Numbered from the stretch's first letter, positions 1-9,318 are shown. The stretch: DNA of 64,000 nucleotides from Anaerolineales bacterium (GCA_040882365.1 JBBEBI010000041.1:16126-80125), one strand, 5' to 3'. The notes: generated by a model not told the origin, from the letters alone. Numbers and translations are program-made.

Positions 1-659
1 CACGAAAATTCGTCGTCTTTGAAATTCGAAGCAATCTGACGCAACAACTCAAGGTCCTCGGACGTGTCTACCGTCCAGCGATAGTGACCATAATTGGGGC
101 TGTGCTTGATATGCAAAATGCGGAAGCGATCGGGGTGCTCGTAAAAGAAAGGCATCACATGTTCGCGCTGGTGGGGTTCCTGAGCTTCGCGCCAGGCGAT
201 CTCCAGCGCCGCCATGGTGCAGAATTCGGCATCCAAACCAATGGGGATGGTGCGGTCGCTCGGCAGCCGGTTGGCCGCAAAATCCAGCGGCGGTTGCGCC
301 TCCAGGAAGGTCCGCAGGTTGTCAGCCAACATCTCGGGGTCAATGAAGGGGCAATCCCCGGTGAGACGCACGACAACTTCGGCATCGTATTGGCGCGCAG
401 CGTGCACATAGCGGTCCAGTACATCGTGCAGGTCGCCGCGGCAGCAAGCAAAGCCTTGCTCCTTGCAGAAGGCGGCGATCACGTCATCCTCAGTGGCCAC
501 CGAGGTGGCCACAATGATTTGATGGATGCCAGCCGCCCGGCTGGCGCGGCGCATCACCCAGGCCAATACCGGCTGGCCGCCCAAATGGGCGAGCACCTTG
601 CCCGGCAGGCGGCTGGAAGCCATGCGAGCTTGAATAATGGCAACCACGCGAGGTGCCAT
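1..659 (-). CDS. Cytidylyltransferase, SpsF / CMP-(non)ulosonate synthetase family (partial; 3' end lies beyond the window start)
   Basis: Absent from the ORF track because it has no stop inside the window. Reverse translation from ATG 659-657 gives MAPRVVAIIQARMASSRLPGKVLAHLGGQPVLAWVMRRA...VVRLTGDCPFIDPEM. This shows the ARxxSxRLPGK nucleotide loop and the TGDCP motif of PF02348-type cytidylyltransferases. The listed + ORF 84..803 is its antisense shadow. Confidence 0.75.
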   Translation of the reverse strand, partial: MAPRVVAIIQARMASSRLPGKVLAHLGGQPVLAWVMRRASRAAGIHQIIVATSVATEDDVIAAFCKEQGFACCRGDLHDVLDRYVHAARQYDAEVVVRLTGDCPFIDPEMLADNLRTFLEAQPPLDFAANRLPSDRTIPIGLDAEFCTMAALEIAWREAQEPHQREHVMPFFYEHPDRFRILHIKHSPNYGHYRWTVDTSEDLELLRQIASNFKDDEFS

Positions 660-660
660 G

Positions 661-1716
661 TCAGCCAGCCGCCTCCAAGGCTAAGTCATAAGCCTGGAAA
701 AGTCTTTGCTTGTTTCGGTTCCAGTCCGCACGGGCCTCAGCCACCTGACGGGCTTGGGTGCGCATTTCATTTTGTTGCTTGCCCACCGCGGCATGCAACA
801 TGAAATCAGTAAGAGCCACCTCATCCTTCACGGGAAACCACCATCCCTGTTTGCCCGGCGTCACCCACTCGCGGTTGCCCGGAATATCGGAGACCAGGGC
901 CGGCACCCCGCTGGCCAATGCCTCCATCAGCGATACGGAAGAGCCATCACTTTGCGAAGCGCTGATGTACACATCCGCGGCGCGGTAGTAATTGGACAGG
1001 TCATCCTGTGAAACTTGGCCGGGCATGTGGGCGCGGTCCAGCATACCCGCGCGCTCAAAGACGCGGCTCAGCCTCGACGCCAAGCTGCCATCGCCAGGCA
1101 TCAGCAAACGCAGGGAAGCATCTCTCCGGGCCGCACGTATGAAAGCGCGCCCAATGGTAAGCGGATCGTACAAAGGCTCCCAGGAGCGTACATGCAGGAT
1201 GACAAAATTATTTTGCCAACCAAGTCTGACCCGCAAGTTCCCATTCCCGCCCTTGGGATTGAATTGATTCAAATCGACCCCCCAGGGAAAGATGACAATA
1301 CGATCCGGGTGGACGCCCAGTTCAACGGCAGCATGCCTCACGGTATCGCAATCGCCGATTACGGCATCGGCGCGCTCAAGCGCAAACCGGACGCGGCGGC
1401 GCGTCAAAAAGTTATGGCGCGCTTCCCACAGAATATCAGAACCCCACGACATGAGCACCAGCGGCTGAAAGCCGCTTTTGGCTGCCAGGTAGCCGGGCCC
1501 GGGCAGTGGGCCGGCATGGATCAGATCGGGCTTCACTTCTTCGATCACATCTTTCAACTCTCCGGAAGCCTCTCGCGCTCCTTTTGGAATAGGACGTGTT
1601 TCTGAGGCGCCATGGCTCAGACGCAAAAATGAGGCTTCGTGGCCTGCCTCGGTGATCGCGGACAGGAAACGGTGGTCGTGAGGGGTGTAGCCGCGACTGA
1701 AATACAAGATCTTCAT
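661..1716 (-). CDS. Glycosyltransferase, GT-B fold, GT4 (glycos_transf_1) family
   Basis: 351-aa ORF. The C-terminal half carries the GT4 donor-binding signature YISASQSDGSSVSLMEALASGVPALVSDIPGNREWV. Its stop abuts the start of the downstream cytidylyltransferase gene. Confidence 0.8.
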   Translation of the reverse strand: MKILYFSRGYTPHDHRFLSAITEAGHEASFLRLSHGASETRPIPKGAREASGELKDVIEEVKPDLIHAGPLPGPGYLAAKSGFQPLVLMSWGSDILWEARHNFLTRRRVRFALERADAVIGDCDTVRHAAVELGVHPDRIVIFPWGVDLNQFNPKGGNGNLRVRLGWQNNFVILHVRSWEPLYDPLTIGRAFIRAARRDASLRLLMPGDGSLASRLSRVFERAGMLDRAHMPGQVSQDDLSNYYRAADVYISASQSDGSSVSLMEALASGVPALVSDIPGNREWVTPGKQGWWFPVKDEVALTDFMLHAAVGKQQNEMRTQARQVAEARADWNRNKQRLFQAYDLALEAAG

Positions 1717-1729
1717 TCAAGGAATCGGG

Positions 1730-2794
1730 CTACTTTAGATCCTCATGGCGCAATTCCTTGCCAAAAGGCAGGTCCGCCGCGGCCCTTTTTCCGACGACAT
1801 CGAGGATATCCCAGGCCATCAGCGCCCCCGGGGTCGCCGGGCGCAGCACCTCAATCATGTCCTCAGTAAATGCCTCGCCGGCTTTTATATTGCGCGCGGC
1901 GCGCAGGCAATGTCGCTGGACGATGTAAGTTTCCTTTTCGTTCTCAGCCACAAATTTTTCGGCAGAGCCCAGGGCGCGCTCGAGGATACGAACTTCTTCC
2001 ACCATGTGCGCCCAGTTGTCGGGATTGAGAGCGAACTTGTGATCAGGGCCCTCGCGCCCATTGCTATCCGTAAAATGCCGTTCAATAACGCGCCCGCCCA
2101 GGGCGACGGCGCCCACTACCGGCGCGGCGCTCTGGGTGTGATCCGAGAGGCCCAGGATCACATCTGGCCAGAGGCTGGCATAGGTCTTGAGCACGTTTAG
2201 GTGCAAATGGTCGTAATTGCTTTCGCTGGCTGTGTAGTTGGTATTACACTGCATCAGGACGACCTGCTTATTCACAGGCAAGACCATATCCATGGCTCGT
2301 TTCACATCGTTGATGTCGGAGTCGCCGGTGGCAATCAAGATCGGCTTGCTGAATTGAGCCATGCGCACGATAGCTTGTGGCCATGACATGAGGCTAGAGC
2401 CCGCCTTATAGGCGGGCACGTATGGATCAAGCATGTCGATGGCTTCGTAGTCGTACGGGGATGAGAAGTAATGGATGTCGAATTCGTCGCAAGCATCTTT
2501 TAGTGTGGGCGTCCATTCGAAGGGAATCGAGGCGTCTTCGTACACTTCGAACACGCTCTTTTTCCATTTCGCCTGGTGGGAGAGCTGCCCGCCCAGCGAC
2601 TTAAACCCGTAATCGGAGACGATCTTAGGAGCGCGGAAATTCTGGAACTTGGCGGCATCGGCGCCGGCCTGCTTGGCCAGGCGAATTAAGGCCACAGCGC
2701 GCTTCAGGTCGCCATCGTGGTTAGCGGCGATATCGGCGATGAAGTAGGTGGGATGCCGGGGGCCAACTTTGCGCCCCTGGATCTCAATCTCCAT
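1730..2794 (-). CDS. NeuB-family nonulosonic acid synthase, divergent copy (PseI/LegI/NeuB-like)
   Basis: FIADIAANHDGDLKRAVALIRLAKQAGADAAKFQNF (NeuB TIM-barrel N-terminal motif), LGLSDHT, and a C-terminal SAF-like segment NIKAGEAFTEDMIEVLRP. It differs from the canonical copy at 49533..50579 by an insertion of roughly 40 aa after KFQNF. It also has AGSSLMSWPQ in place of ASGEVTNLPLL. Confidence 0.75.
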   Translation of the reverse strand: MEIEIQGRKVGPRHPTYFIADIAANHDGDLKRAVALIRLAKQAGADAAKFQNFRAPKIVSDYGFKSLGGQLSHQAKWKKSVFEVYEDASIPFEWTPTLKDACDEFDIHYFSSPYDYEAIDMLDPYVPAYKAGSSLMSWPQAIVRMAQFSKPILIATGDSDINDVKRAMDMVLPVNKQVVLMQCNTNYTASESNYDHLHLNVLKTYASLWPDVILGLSDHTQSAAPVVGAVALGGRVIERHFTDSNGREGPDHKFALNPDNWAHMVEEVRILERALGSAEKFVAENEKETYIVQRHCLRAARNIKAGEAFTEDMIEVLRPATPGALMAWDILDVVGKRAAADLPFGKELRHEDLK

Positions 2795-2797
2795 GGC

Positions 2798-3736
2798 TTA
2801 TCCTTTCACCGGCTCAGGCGCGGCCGCCAGATTTTGCAACTTGGCGCGGTAGCCAGATTGGAGCTGTTCGTGTAACCGCTCTATACCCTCAGCGATAGTG
2901 GGCGGCCTGCGTTCAAGTGCCTTCGCCAGCCTGCCGGTCCGCAAGGTCAGGTTAAGGGCGCGCCGCGCAGCGACTTCCACCGCCGAGGTGGTGGTTGGCT
3001 GGACCAGGCCTGCATCTAATCCGAATCGATTGGCAATGGCCACGCCGAACTCATATTTGCTCATGTGATCGGCACTGACGACGTGATAGAGGCCGCGCAA
3101 ATTTTTCTCCAATAGCTGCAGCATGATTACGGCCAGGTCAGTCACCAGCAATGGGCAAAAAGTGCGGTCCGTAAAGCCCAGCACCGCGTTTCCCGCAGTA
3201 AGATTGTTATGGAAAAATTCCGCCAGGCTGTGGCGGCCGCTCACGCTCCAGCCGAAGAAGTTGGGGCGCACGATGAGCACATGGGGATGGGCGGCTTTCA
3301 CTGCCAGCTCGGCCAGCCGCTTGGTGCGGCCATAGACACTGATTGGCACAGGGGCGTCCTCTTCGTTATAGTCGCCCTTGGCGCCATCGAAGACTGCGTC
3401 GGTGGATACCTGAAGAAAACGCAGGCCTCGTTTGGCGCTCTCAGAAGCCAGGCGACCGGGCAACTCCGCATTCAGGCGCTGGGCCAGTTCGGGCTGACGA
3501 TCGCAGGTGTCCAAGTTGGCCAGCGCAGCACAATTGATCACCCAATCGGTCTTAGCCTCATCGAGCACGCGGGAGATGGCGCCAGGCGCCAATAGATCAG
3601 CGTGCATGGTCTCAAAACCGGGATCACGCAATGGCTGCTCGTGCACTACGCCGATGACCTCATGACGTTTGGCAGCCTCAAGGGCGAGGTTGATACCCAA
3701 TAAACCGCTAACCCCGGTGATCAGGATGCGAGTCAC
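2798..3736 (-). CDS. RmlD-like NAD(P)-dependent sugar-nucleotide 4-reductase (SDR)
   Basis: N-terminal Rossmann ILITGVSGLLG, catalytic YGRTK (YxxxK), about 310 aa with RmlD-type layout. 4-nt ATGA-type overlap with the upstream dehydratase gene (3733-3736). Confidence 0.7.
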   Translation of the reverse strand: MTRILITGVSGLLGINLALEAAKRHEVIGVVHEQPLRDPGFETMHADLLAPGAISRVLDEAKTDWVINCAALANLDTCDRQPELAQRLNAELPGRLASESAKRGLRFLQVSTDAVFDGAKGDYNEEDAPVPISVYGRTKRLAELAVKAAHPHVLIVRPNFFGWSVSGRHSLAEFFHNNLTAGNAVLGFTDRTFCPLLVTDLAVIMLQLLEKNLRGLYHVVSADHMSKYEFGVAIANRFGLDAGLVQPTTTSAVEVAARRALNLTLRTGRLAKALERRPPTIAEGIERLHEQLQSGYRAKLQNLAAAPEPVKG

Positions 3737-4752
3737 GCCGACTTGCCTGCCTTAATCTCAGCCTCGATAGGATCGACCATGGCGCGGATCTGCGCCGCAG
3801 TCAGAGTTAGCGGGTTTTCGTTGCTGGCATAATAAAAGCCTTCGGGAAGCGGCTTGCCTTTTTTATCCCAAGAACGCACGAAATATGGCCCCTGAGCCGG
3901 TTGGATGACATACATATCTTCGAGCTCGACCGCGGTGCGGGCTTCATCTTCGGAAATGAGCACCTCATGCAATTTTTCCCCGGGCCGGATGCCGATCACT
4001 TCGAGCGCGGCTTTGGGTGCGATGGCCTTGGCCAGATCCATGATCGAAGTACTCGGCAGCTTGGGCACGAAGACCTCACCACCCTGCATCACCTCGATGC
4101 AACTCAAGACGAAATGCACTCCTTGCTCAAGCGACAACCAGAATCGGGTCATGCGCTCATCGGTGATGTGCAATTTCCCGTTCGAGCGCTGGCGTAAGAA
4201 AATGGGCACCACGCTGCCACGGCTGCCAATAACGTTGCCGTAGCGCACGCAGCTAAACCGAGCCGGCCGATCGCCGGAATAGGCGTTGCTCTGCACGGTG
4301 AGTTTCTCGGCGGCCAGCTTGGTGGCCCCGTACAAGTTGACCGGGCTGACAGCCTTGTCGGTACTGAGCGCCAAGACTTTGCTAACGCCAGTTTCCAGTG
4401 CCCCTTCCACCACGTTGGCGGTCCCAAGTATGTTGGTCTTGATGGCCTCCATGGGGTTGTATTCGCAGGCGGGCACCTGCTTTAGCGCCGCGGCGTGGAT
4501 GACAATGGTCACGCCATCCATGGCGCGCTTGAGGCGCCCCAGGTCGCGCACGTCGCCGATGAAATAGCGCAAATTCGGCTGGTCGAAACCTGCCTCGCGC
4601 ATTTCGTGCTGCTTGAGTTCGTCGCGGCTGAAGACAATCACCTTGGCCGGTTTGTACTCCTCCAACAGAATGCGCGTGCACTCCCTGCCGAAGGAGCCGG
4701 TCCCGCCCGTGATCAACACAACCTGCTTTTTCCAATCCATCGTCGTCTCCAT
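3733..4752 (-). CDS. UDP-N-acetylglucosamine 4,6-dehydratase, PseB/FlaA1/CapD family
   Basis: VVLITGGTGSFG...VFSRDELKQHEM...YGATKLAAEK...RYGNVIGSRGSVVPIF...DERMTRFWLSLEQGVHFV...GGEVFVPKLPS...GIRPGEKLHE. Together these are the characteristic motif string of short PseB/CapD-type dehydratases. Confidence 0.85.
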   Translation of the reverse strand: METTMDWKKQVVLITGGTGSFGRECTRILLEEYKPAKVIVFSRDELKQHEMREAGFDQPNLRYFIGDVRDLGRLKRAMDGVTIVIHAAALKQVPACEYNPMEAIKTNILGTANVVEGALETGVSKVLALSTDKAVSPVNLYGATKLAAEKLTVQSNAYSGDRPARFSCVRYGNVIGSRGSVVPIFLRQRSNGKLHITDERMTRFWLSLEQGVHFVLSCIEVMQGGEVFVPKLPSTSIMDLAKAIAPKAALEVIGIRPGEKLHEVLISEDEARTAVELEDMYVIQPAQGPYFVRSWDKKGKPLPEGFYYASNENPLTLTAAQIRAMVDPIEAEIKAGKSA

Positions 4753-5586
4753 CTATTTGCTGATCACCACCAGAGGATACAGCCCTTTTTCTCCAAAGAA
4801 ACGAGGAAACCACTCCTCCAAGCGATAAAGCAGGCGCAGCCAGACCCGGCCGAGCCATTCCTCGCGGATGAAGAAGCGCAGCACGTTGGTGCTGGCGCTG
4901 CGCCAGACCAGGATCTGGAAATCCATCTTGCCGCGCAATACGTTCTTCAACCAACGCGCGTCCTGCTTGTTCACGAAGGTCCCCTTGCCCAGCTCCAGTT
5001 CTTCAGGCAGCGTGCCATTCACCGGGCCCACACCTTTGCGTCCCTTAATCCAGGCCTTGATGCGATCGAAGAATCTATTCAGGGAGGAATCACCCCAGCC
5101 GTTTACCACCACAGCGCGCCGACCCGGGGTGAGCACGCGCCGCAATTCCATATACGCCTGCACGTGCTGGCTGACCGGCAGATGATGGATGGTATGCAAA
5201 GAAACCACCGCGTCGAACGCATCTGCCACGAAAGGAAGACGGGAAACATCGCTTACAACGTATGAGCCCTGACTGCCGATGCGTTCTCGCGCCGCCTTGA
5301 GCGCGGTAATGGAAACATCCGCGCAGATGCGCTTTTGATAGCCCTTGGAATAATCCAGATATTCCGGATATTGGATGGGCCCCGAGCCAGCGTCCAGAAA
5401 GAGGCGCCCCGTAGGAATTAGATGGCGCCCCACCCGCAGATGGCAGCGATGGATGTATTCCTGGGACACCGGACGCAAATCCTCGTAGCGTGCGTTCTGG
5501 TACAGGCCGTCGGAAACTTCCTTCCAGCCCACTCGGTCGTAGAACTCGCGCACCTGGCGCTTGATCTCGCGTTCGGAGTCGATCAT
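4753..5586 (-). CDS. Class I SAM-dependent methyltransferase
   Basis: Motif I FLDAGSGP, post-I and motif II region AFDAVVSLHTIHHL, then LTPGRRAVVV. The track start is 5601. The ATG at 5586 forms an ATGA overlap with the upstream stop (5583-5586 = tcat on the + strand) and matches the coupling pattern used elsewhere in the locus. Confidence 0.7.
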   Translation of the reverse strand: MIDSEREIKRQVREFYDRVGWKEVSDGLYQNARYEDLRPVSQEYIHRCHLRVGRHLIPTGRLFLDAGSGPIQYPEYLDYSKGYQKRICADVSITALKAARERIGSQGSYVVSDVSRLPFVADAFDAVVSLHTIHHLPVSQHVQAYMELRRVLTPGRRAVVVNGWGDSSLNRFFDRIKAWIKGRKGVGPVNGTLPEELELGKGTFVNKQDARWLKNVLRGKMDFQILVWRSASTNVLRFFIREEWLGRVWLRLLYRLEEWFPRFFGEKGLYPLVVISK

Positions 5587-7172
5587 CGCGCTGTATCCCA
5601 ATCAAAGGGCCGGCCCAGCAAATAATCAAAGGTGCGGGCGTATCGCGCCTGACCTTCATCAGAAAAAATCGCGCTCAAAGGCGTAGTCTCTACGTCTTTC
5701 CAGAAATGCAGAAGGTGCCAGGGGAATGGTTGAGGATAATCGAAAAAGAAACGGTATGCGTAATGCCAGGCCGTGTCCACTTGTTGCGGGTTGAGCCGCG
5801 CCGCCGTCAGATCCCAAAGGCAAGAGTCCAATGTGGAGAAATATTCATCCCACGATTCGGGGTCGTGGGTAAATCCTTTGCCGCGGTAATGCGTGCGGCC
5901 GGCCACGATCACCGGCAGGCTGCTCATCGCCATCTCCAGGCCAACCGTGGTCGTGTACACCAGGCCCAGGTCGGCAATGTCGAGCAAGTCGTATGTATTC
6001 ACAGGGTCCTCAGCGGCCACCAAATGCAGATTGCCCGGCAACTCGGGCAAGACCTGATGCACGATTTCGGTCACTGAAGGGCCGTCCAGGTTGCGCTCGC
6101 CGGGGTGGGCGCGCAGAACGAACTGCACATCCTTCCGTGCCGCAAAATATGCCAGCGTCCTACGCAGCCAGGTACTCATATCACCGGTGAATGCCGCGCG
6201 ACCCAGAGTGAGGCTGTCGCCGATCACATTGGCCGCCAGCAGCACCATTGGCCGTTGGTCCAGGCCCAGCTTGGCGCGCACTTGCTCGCCGCCTTCGGCG
6301 GGTAGGTTCTGCCAGCGGCGGTAGAAGTTGCGGAAGAGGCCGGCGGCTTGGCGAGTAGCGAAGAGCTCTTCTACATGGCCGCGCTGCTCCGGGTTGAACG
6401 GCTCGTCTTTCTTCGCTTGCCAGAGAGCATCCGTCTCCTGCAACATCACCGGCGTGTTGCGCGAGAGCCAGATGCGGTCGCGTTGTTCGCCGAACTCATA
6501 ACTGACCACAGGAATGTCCAGATAGCGGGCGGCATGGAACACAGCGCCGAATTCCATAATCAACCCGTTGGGCAGGATCACCATATCCGGGCGCTCGTCT
6601 TTAAGCCAGGCCAGCGCGGCAGCTGCGGCAGCTCGGTTGCGCTGCAAGCGCAACTGGAAAAGCTCGCTGCTTTTGACGATCTCCTCTACCTGAAGCGTGT
6701 ATTGCGTATCCATAAGGGAAACGTGTTCTACTGCCTCAGCCAAGGAGTTGGGAAGTGAGGTGGGGGTAGTATTCGAAAAAGACTTACTATCAATCAAAGT
6801 CCCCGCCGGTTTGAAGACACTGCGCGTGTAGGCTTCACGGCGGCGCAGGTCGAATTTCGAGAGCGGCCCTTTCCAGGTGGCATAAGGCAAGTAAGCCAAC
6901 GTGGCCTGGTGACCCAGACCCGCCAGCCCCAAGGACAGCAACGCGGCGTGCCCGATCCAATAGTGAAGGGTGGCGAAAAGCAGAACCTTGCTGCCTTTAC
7001 GGCCGCGCAACGGAGAAGTCTTCACCTGCCGGCACCAATCCGGCAATGCAGCTTTCAGTTCCTCGAGCTTGAAACCACTCACCGGGGCGCGCCCGCCGCG
7101 TAGCGCCCAATCCAGTTCGGCCGCCAGCGGCAGCTCGGCCAGCACGCGTTTGATCTTCGTTCCGCTCAACAT
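5583..7172 (-). CDS. Capsule_synth (KpsS/KpsC-like) GT-B glycosyltransferase candidate
   Basis: 529 aa. The C-terminal half reads ...RPMVLLAANVIGDS...VQFVLRAHPGERN...YDLLDIADLGLVYTTTVGLEMAMSSLPVIVAGRTHY. This follows the xxHP...(T/S)VNSTxGLEA...PVxxxGxxxY pattern I recall for PF05159 capsule biosynthesis proteins. No HMM was run. Confidence 0.45.
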   Translation of the reverse strand: MLSGTKIKRVLAELPLAAELDWALRGGRAPVSGFKLEELKAALPDWCRQVKTSPLRGRKGSKVLLFATLHYWIGHAALLSLGLAGLGHQATLAYLPYATWKGPLSKFDLRRREAYTRSVFKPAGTLIDSKSFSNTTPTSLPNSLAEAVEHVSLMDTQYTLQVEEIVKSSELFQLRLQRNRAAAAAALAWLKDERPDMVILPNGLIMEFGAVFHAARYLDIPVVSYEFGEQRDRIWLSRNTPVMLQETDALWQAKKDEPFNPEQRGHVEELFATRQAAGLFRNFYRRWQNLPAEGGEQVRAKLGLDQRPMVLLAANVIGDSLTLGRAAFTGDMSTWLRRTLAYFAARKDVQFVLRAHPGERNLDGPSVTEIVHQVLPELPGNLHLVAAEDPVNTYDLLDIADLGLVYTTTVGLEMAMSSLPVIVAGRTHYRGKGFTHDPESWDEYFSTLDSCLWDLTAARLNPQQVDTAWHYAYRFFFDYPQPFPWHLLHFWKDVETTPLSAIFSDEGQARYARTFDYLLGRPFDWDTAR

Positions 7173-7173
7173 C

Positions 7174-8457
7174 TCAGGCTTTCACGACCTCGACCTGTTC
7201 AATGCGCCAATCCAGCAGGGGGCGCATCAATCCCTGGCGCGGCTCCGGCCACTGCATGCCGGGCGCACCCATGGCATCTACGACGAAGGCGAGGGCACGC
7301 TCCTCCTGGAAGTAGCGGCGCACACGGAACGAGCTGGCATTCAGACCCAACACATACTGGCCTTCGTTCAAGGTGTTTGCCGGTATCTGGGCGCGGCTGA
7401 CGTAATGCCCTGCCGGGCGGGTAGCAAATTTGTCGTATTGCTGCGGGGCGTCGGTATCGAACGAGGTAAACAGCACCTCGCCGCGAATCGTCTGCAAATA
7501 CATCCCCACCCGTAGCCCCTGGATCGGCTTCTCGACTTCGTATTCGATCTCGATCTCGAGCGGCTGCCGTGATTGCACCGTCTCAACCACTTTGCCTTGC
7601 GGGTCGCGCACGCGCATGGCAATGGGCTTGAACGGCGCAGCGTCGCCGGGGATCTCGTCCACCGTCCAGATGCGTTCGCCGCTTTGTGACAGGCCGGAAG
7701 CCATGTAGTAATCCACCGCCTGGCGCGTAGTTGACCTGTAGACCAGCTCGCCCTTTTCCAGCACAATGGATTCTTCGGTGAGGCGCAGGATGGCAGACAT
7801 GTTATGACTGACAAAGAGCACCGTGCGCCCGGCCTGGGCCACATCGCTCATCTTGCCCAGGCATTTGCGCTGGAACTCCGCGTCCCCCACGGCCAGGACC
7901 TCATCCACGACGAGGATCTCGGGCTCCAGATGAGCGGCCACCGAGAAGGCCAGCCGCAAATACATGCCGCTCGAATAATGTTTTACCGGTGTATCGATGA
8001 ATTTTGAGACCCCGGAGAAATCGACGATCTCTTCGAACTTGGCGGCGATCTCTCGGCGCTTCATGCCCAGCACCGCGCCGTTAAGATAGATATTCTCGCG
8101 GCCCGTCAGCTCCGGATGGAAGCCTGTGCCCACCTCGAGTAAAGCGCCTACCCGCCCGCGAATCTCGGCGTAGCCGGTGGTCGGGTCGGTGACACGGGAA
8201 AGGATCTTGAGCAGGGTGCTTTTCCCAGCCCCGTTGCGGCCGATAACACCAAGCACCTGTCCCTGCTCCAAATCGAACGAAACGTTCCGCAAGGCCCAGA
8301 TCTTCTCAGCGTGCCGGCGTAGTTCACCTTTTAGCATACGCACCGGCCACTTAAAGGTGTCGCTTATTGTGTCGCGCAGTGTGCGATAGCGCTGCTCTGC
8401 TTTCCCTCCCAGGCGATACTGCTTGCCAAGATCCTCAACCTTGATAGCGTAAGTCAT
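7174..8457 (-). CDS. wzt: O-antigen/teichoic-acid-type ABC exporter ATPase with C-terminal glycan-binding extension
   Basis: Walker A GRNGAGKST, signature YSSGMYLRLAF, Walker B ILVVDEVLAVGD. An extra C-terminal region of about 170 aa (IWTVDEIPGD...YVLGLNASSF...) is typical of Wzt_C beta-sandwich domains. It lies next to an ABC-2 permease gene. Confidence 0.9.
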   Translation of the reverse strand: MTYAIKVEDLGKQYRLGGKAEQRYRTLRDTISDTFKWPVRMLKGELRRHAEKIWALRNVSFDLEQGQVLGVIGRNGAGKSTLLKILSRVTDPTTGYAEIRGRVGALLEVGTGFHPELTGRENIYLNGAVLGMKRREIAAKFEEIVDFSGVSKFIDTPVKHYSSGMYLRLAFSVAAHLEPEILVVDEVLAVGDAEFQRKCLGKMSDVAQAGRTVLFVSHNMSAILRLTEESIVLEKGELVYRSTTRQAVDYYMASGLSQSGERIWTVDEIPGDAAPFKPIAMRVRDPQGKVVETVQSRQPLEIEIEYEVEKPIQGLRVGMYLQTIRGEVLFTSFDTDAPQQYDKFATRPAGHYVSRAQIPANTLNEGQYVLGLNASSFRVRRYFQEERALAFVVDAMGAPGMQWPEPRQGLMRPLLDWRIEQVEVVKA

Positions 8458-8463
8458 TGCGCC

Positions 8464-9318
8464 CTACACCACATCCGCAAACGTGCGTTCCATGCGCCGA
8501 AAATAGATGAGGCCGGTGATCAACAAAACAAATGAAGTGACGATAGAGACCCATAGCAGGCCGGTCGAATAAATCGGTGTGCCCACTAAGACGTTGCGGA
8601 ATCCTTCGATCACACCCACCATCGGATTGAGCGCGTAGAGCCAATCGAAACCTTGCGGTAGGCGATCAAAGATTTCGTTGGCCTCGTATGCGATCGGGGT
8701 GGCCAACATCCAGAATTGCGTCAGAAACGGGATAATGTGGCGTACGTCGCGGTAGTGCACGTTGAGCGCCGAGAGCCAGAGACCAACACCAAGCGCTGTT
8801 ACCAGGGATAGGATCAAGTAAAAGGGAAGGCCCCAAATGCCCGAGGTGGGCGCCACGCCGTAGTACACCATCATGCCGGCAAGGACGAGGAACGCAATGG
8901 CAAAGTCCACCACACCACTCAAAACGGAAGACAAGGGGATAACCACGCGGGGGAAATAGACCCTCGTGATCATGTTGCGGTTAGTCACTAGGGAGCGTCC
9001 TGCCTCACCAATGGCTGTAGAGAACAGGTTCCACGGTAACAAGGCAGCGTAAGTAAACAGAGGACGGGGAATGCCGCCGCTGGAGAGCCCGGCGATATCG
9101 CCGAAAAGCACATTGAAAATGAGCATCTGTAACAGAGGTTGGATGATCGCCCAGGTGCCGCCAAGCAGGGTCTGCTTGTAGCGCACCAGAATATCGCGCC
9201 AGGTGAGAAAGAAGATCAATTCGCGGAAGCGCAACAGCTCATGCAGGTCGAGTCCCACCAAGCCGCGCTGCGGCCTGATCACGATAGTTGGAGCCGCCTG
9301 GCCTTTGACGATACTCAC
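8464..9318 (-). CDS. wzm: ABC-2 type polysaccharide exporter permease
   Basis: 284 aa with about 6 hydrophobic spans. N-terminal [37 protein letters not shown] is the conserved ABC-2 (Wzm/TagG/KpsM) entry motif. Confidence 0.85.
   Translation of the reverse strand: MSIVKGQAAPTIVIRPQRGLVGLDLHELLRFRELIFFLTWRDILVRYKQTLLGGTWAIIQPLLQMLIFNVLFGDIAGLSSGGIPRPLFTYAALLPWNLFSTAIGEAGRSLVTNRNMITRVYFPRVVIPLSSVLSGVVDFAIAFLVLAGMMVYYGVAPTSGIWGLPFYLILSLVTALGVGLWLSALNVHYRDVRHIIPFLTQFWMLATPIAYEANEIFDRLPQGFDWLYALNPMVGVIEGFRNVLVGTPIYSTGLLWVSIVTSFVLLITGLIYFRRMERTFADVV

Noticed and set aside
84-803. 239-aa + strand ORF at the window start
   Set aside because: It is antisense to a much better minus-strand reading (SpsF-type cytidylyltransferase, 1..659) and to the end of the GT4 gene. 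Its translation is Ala/Gly/Arg/His-rich with no recognisable motif. This is a typical GC-rich shadow ORF.
4382-5659. Cluster of long overlapping ORFs (4495..5265 +, 4382..4954 -, 5090..5659 -)
   Set aside because: All overlap the well-supported dehydratase and methyltransferase genes in other frames. Their translations are Arg/Gly/Pro/Ala-rich and low in complexity. I treat them as frame shadows.
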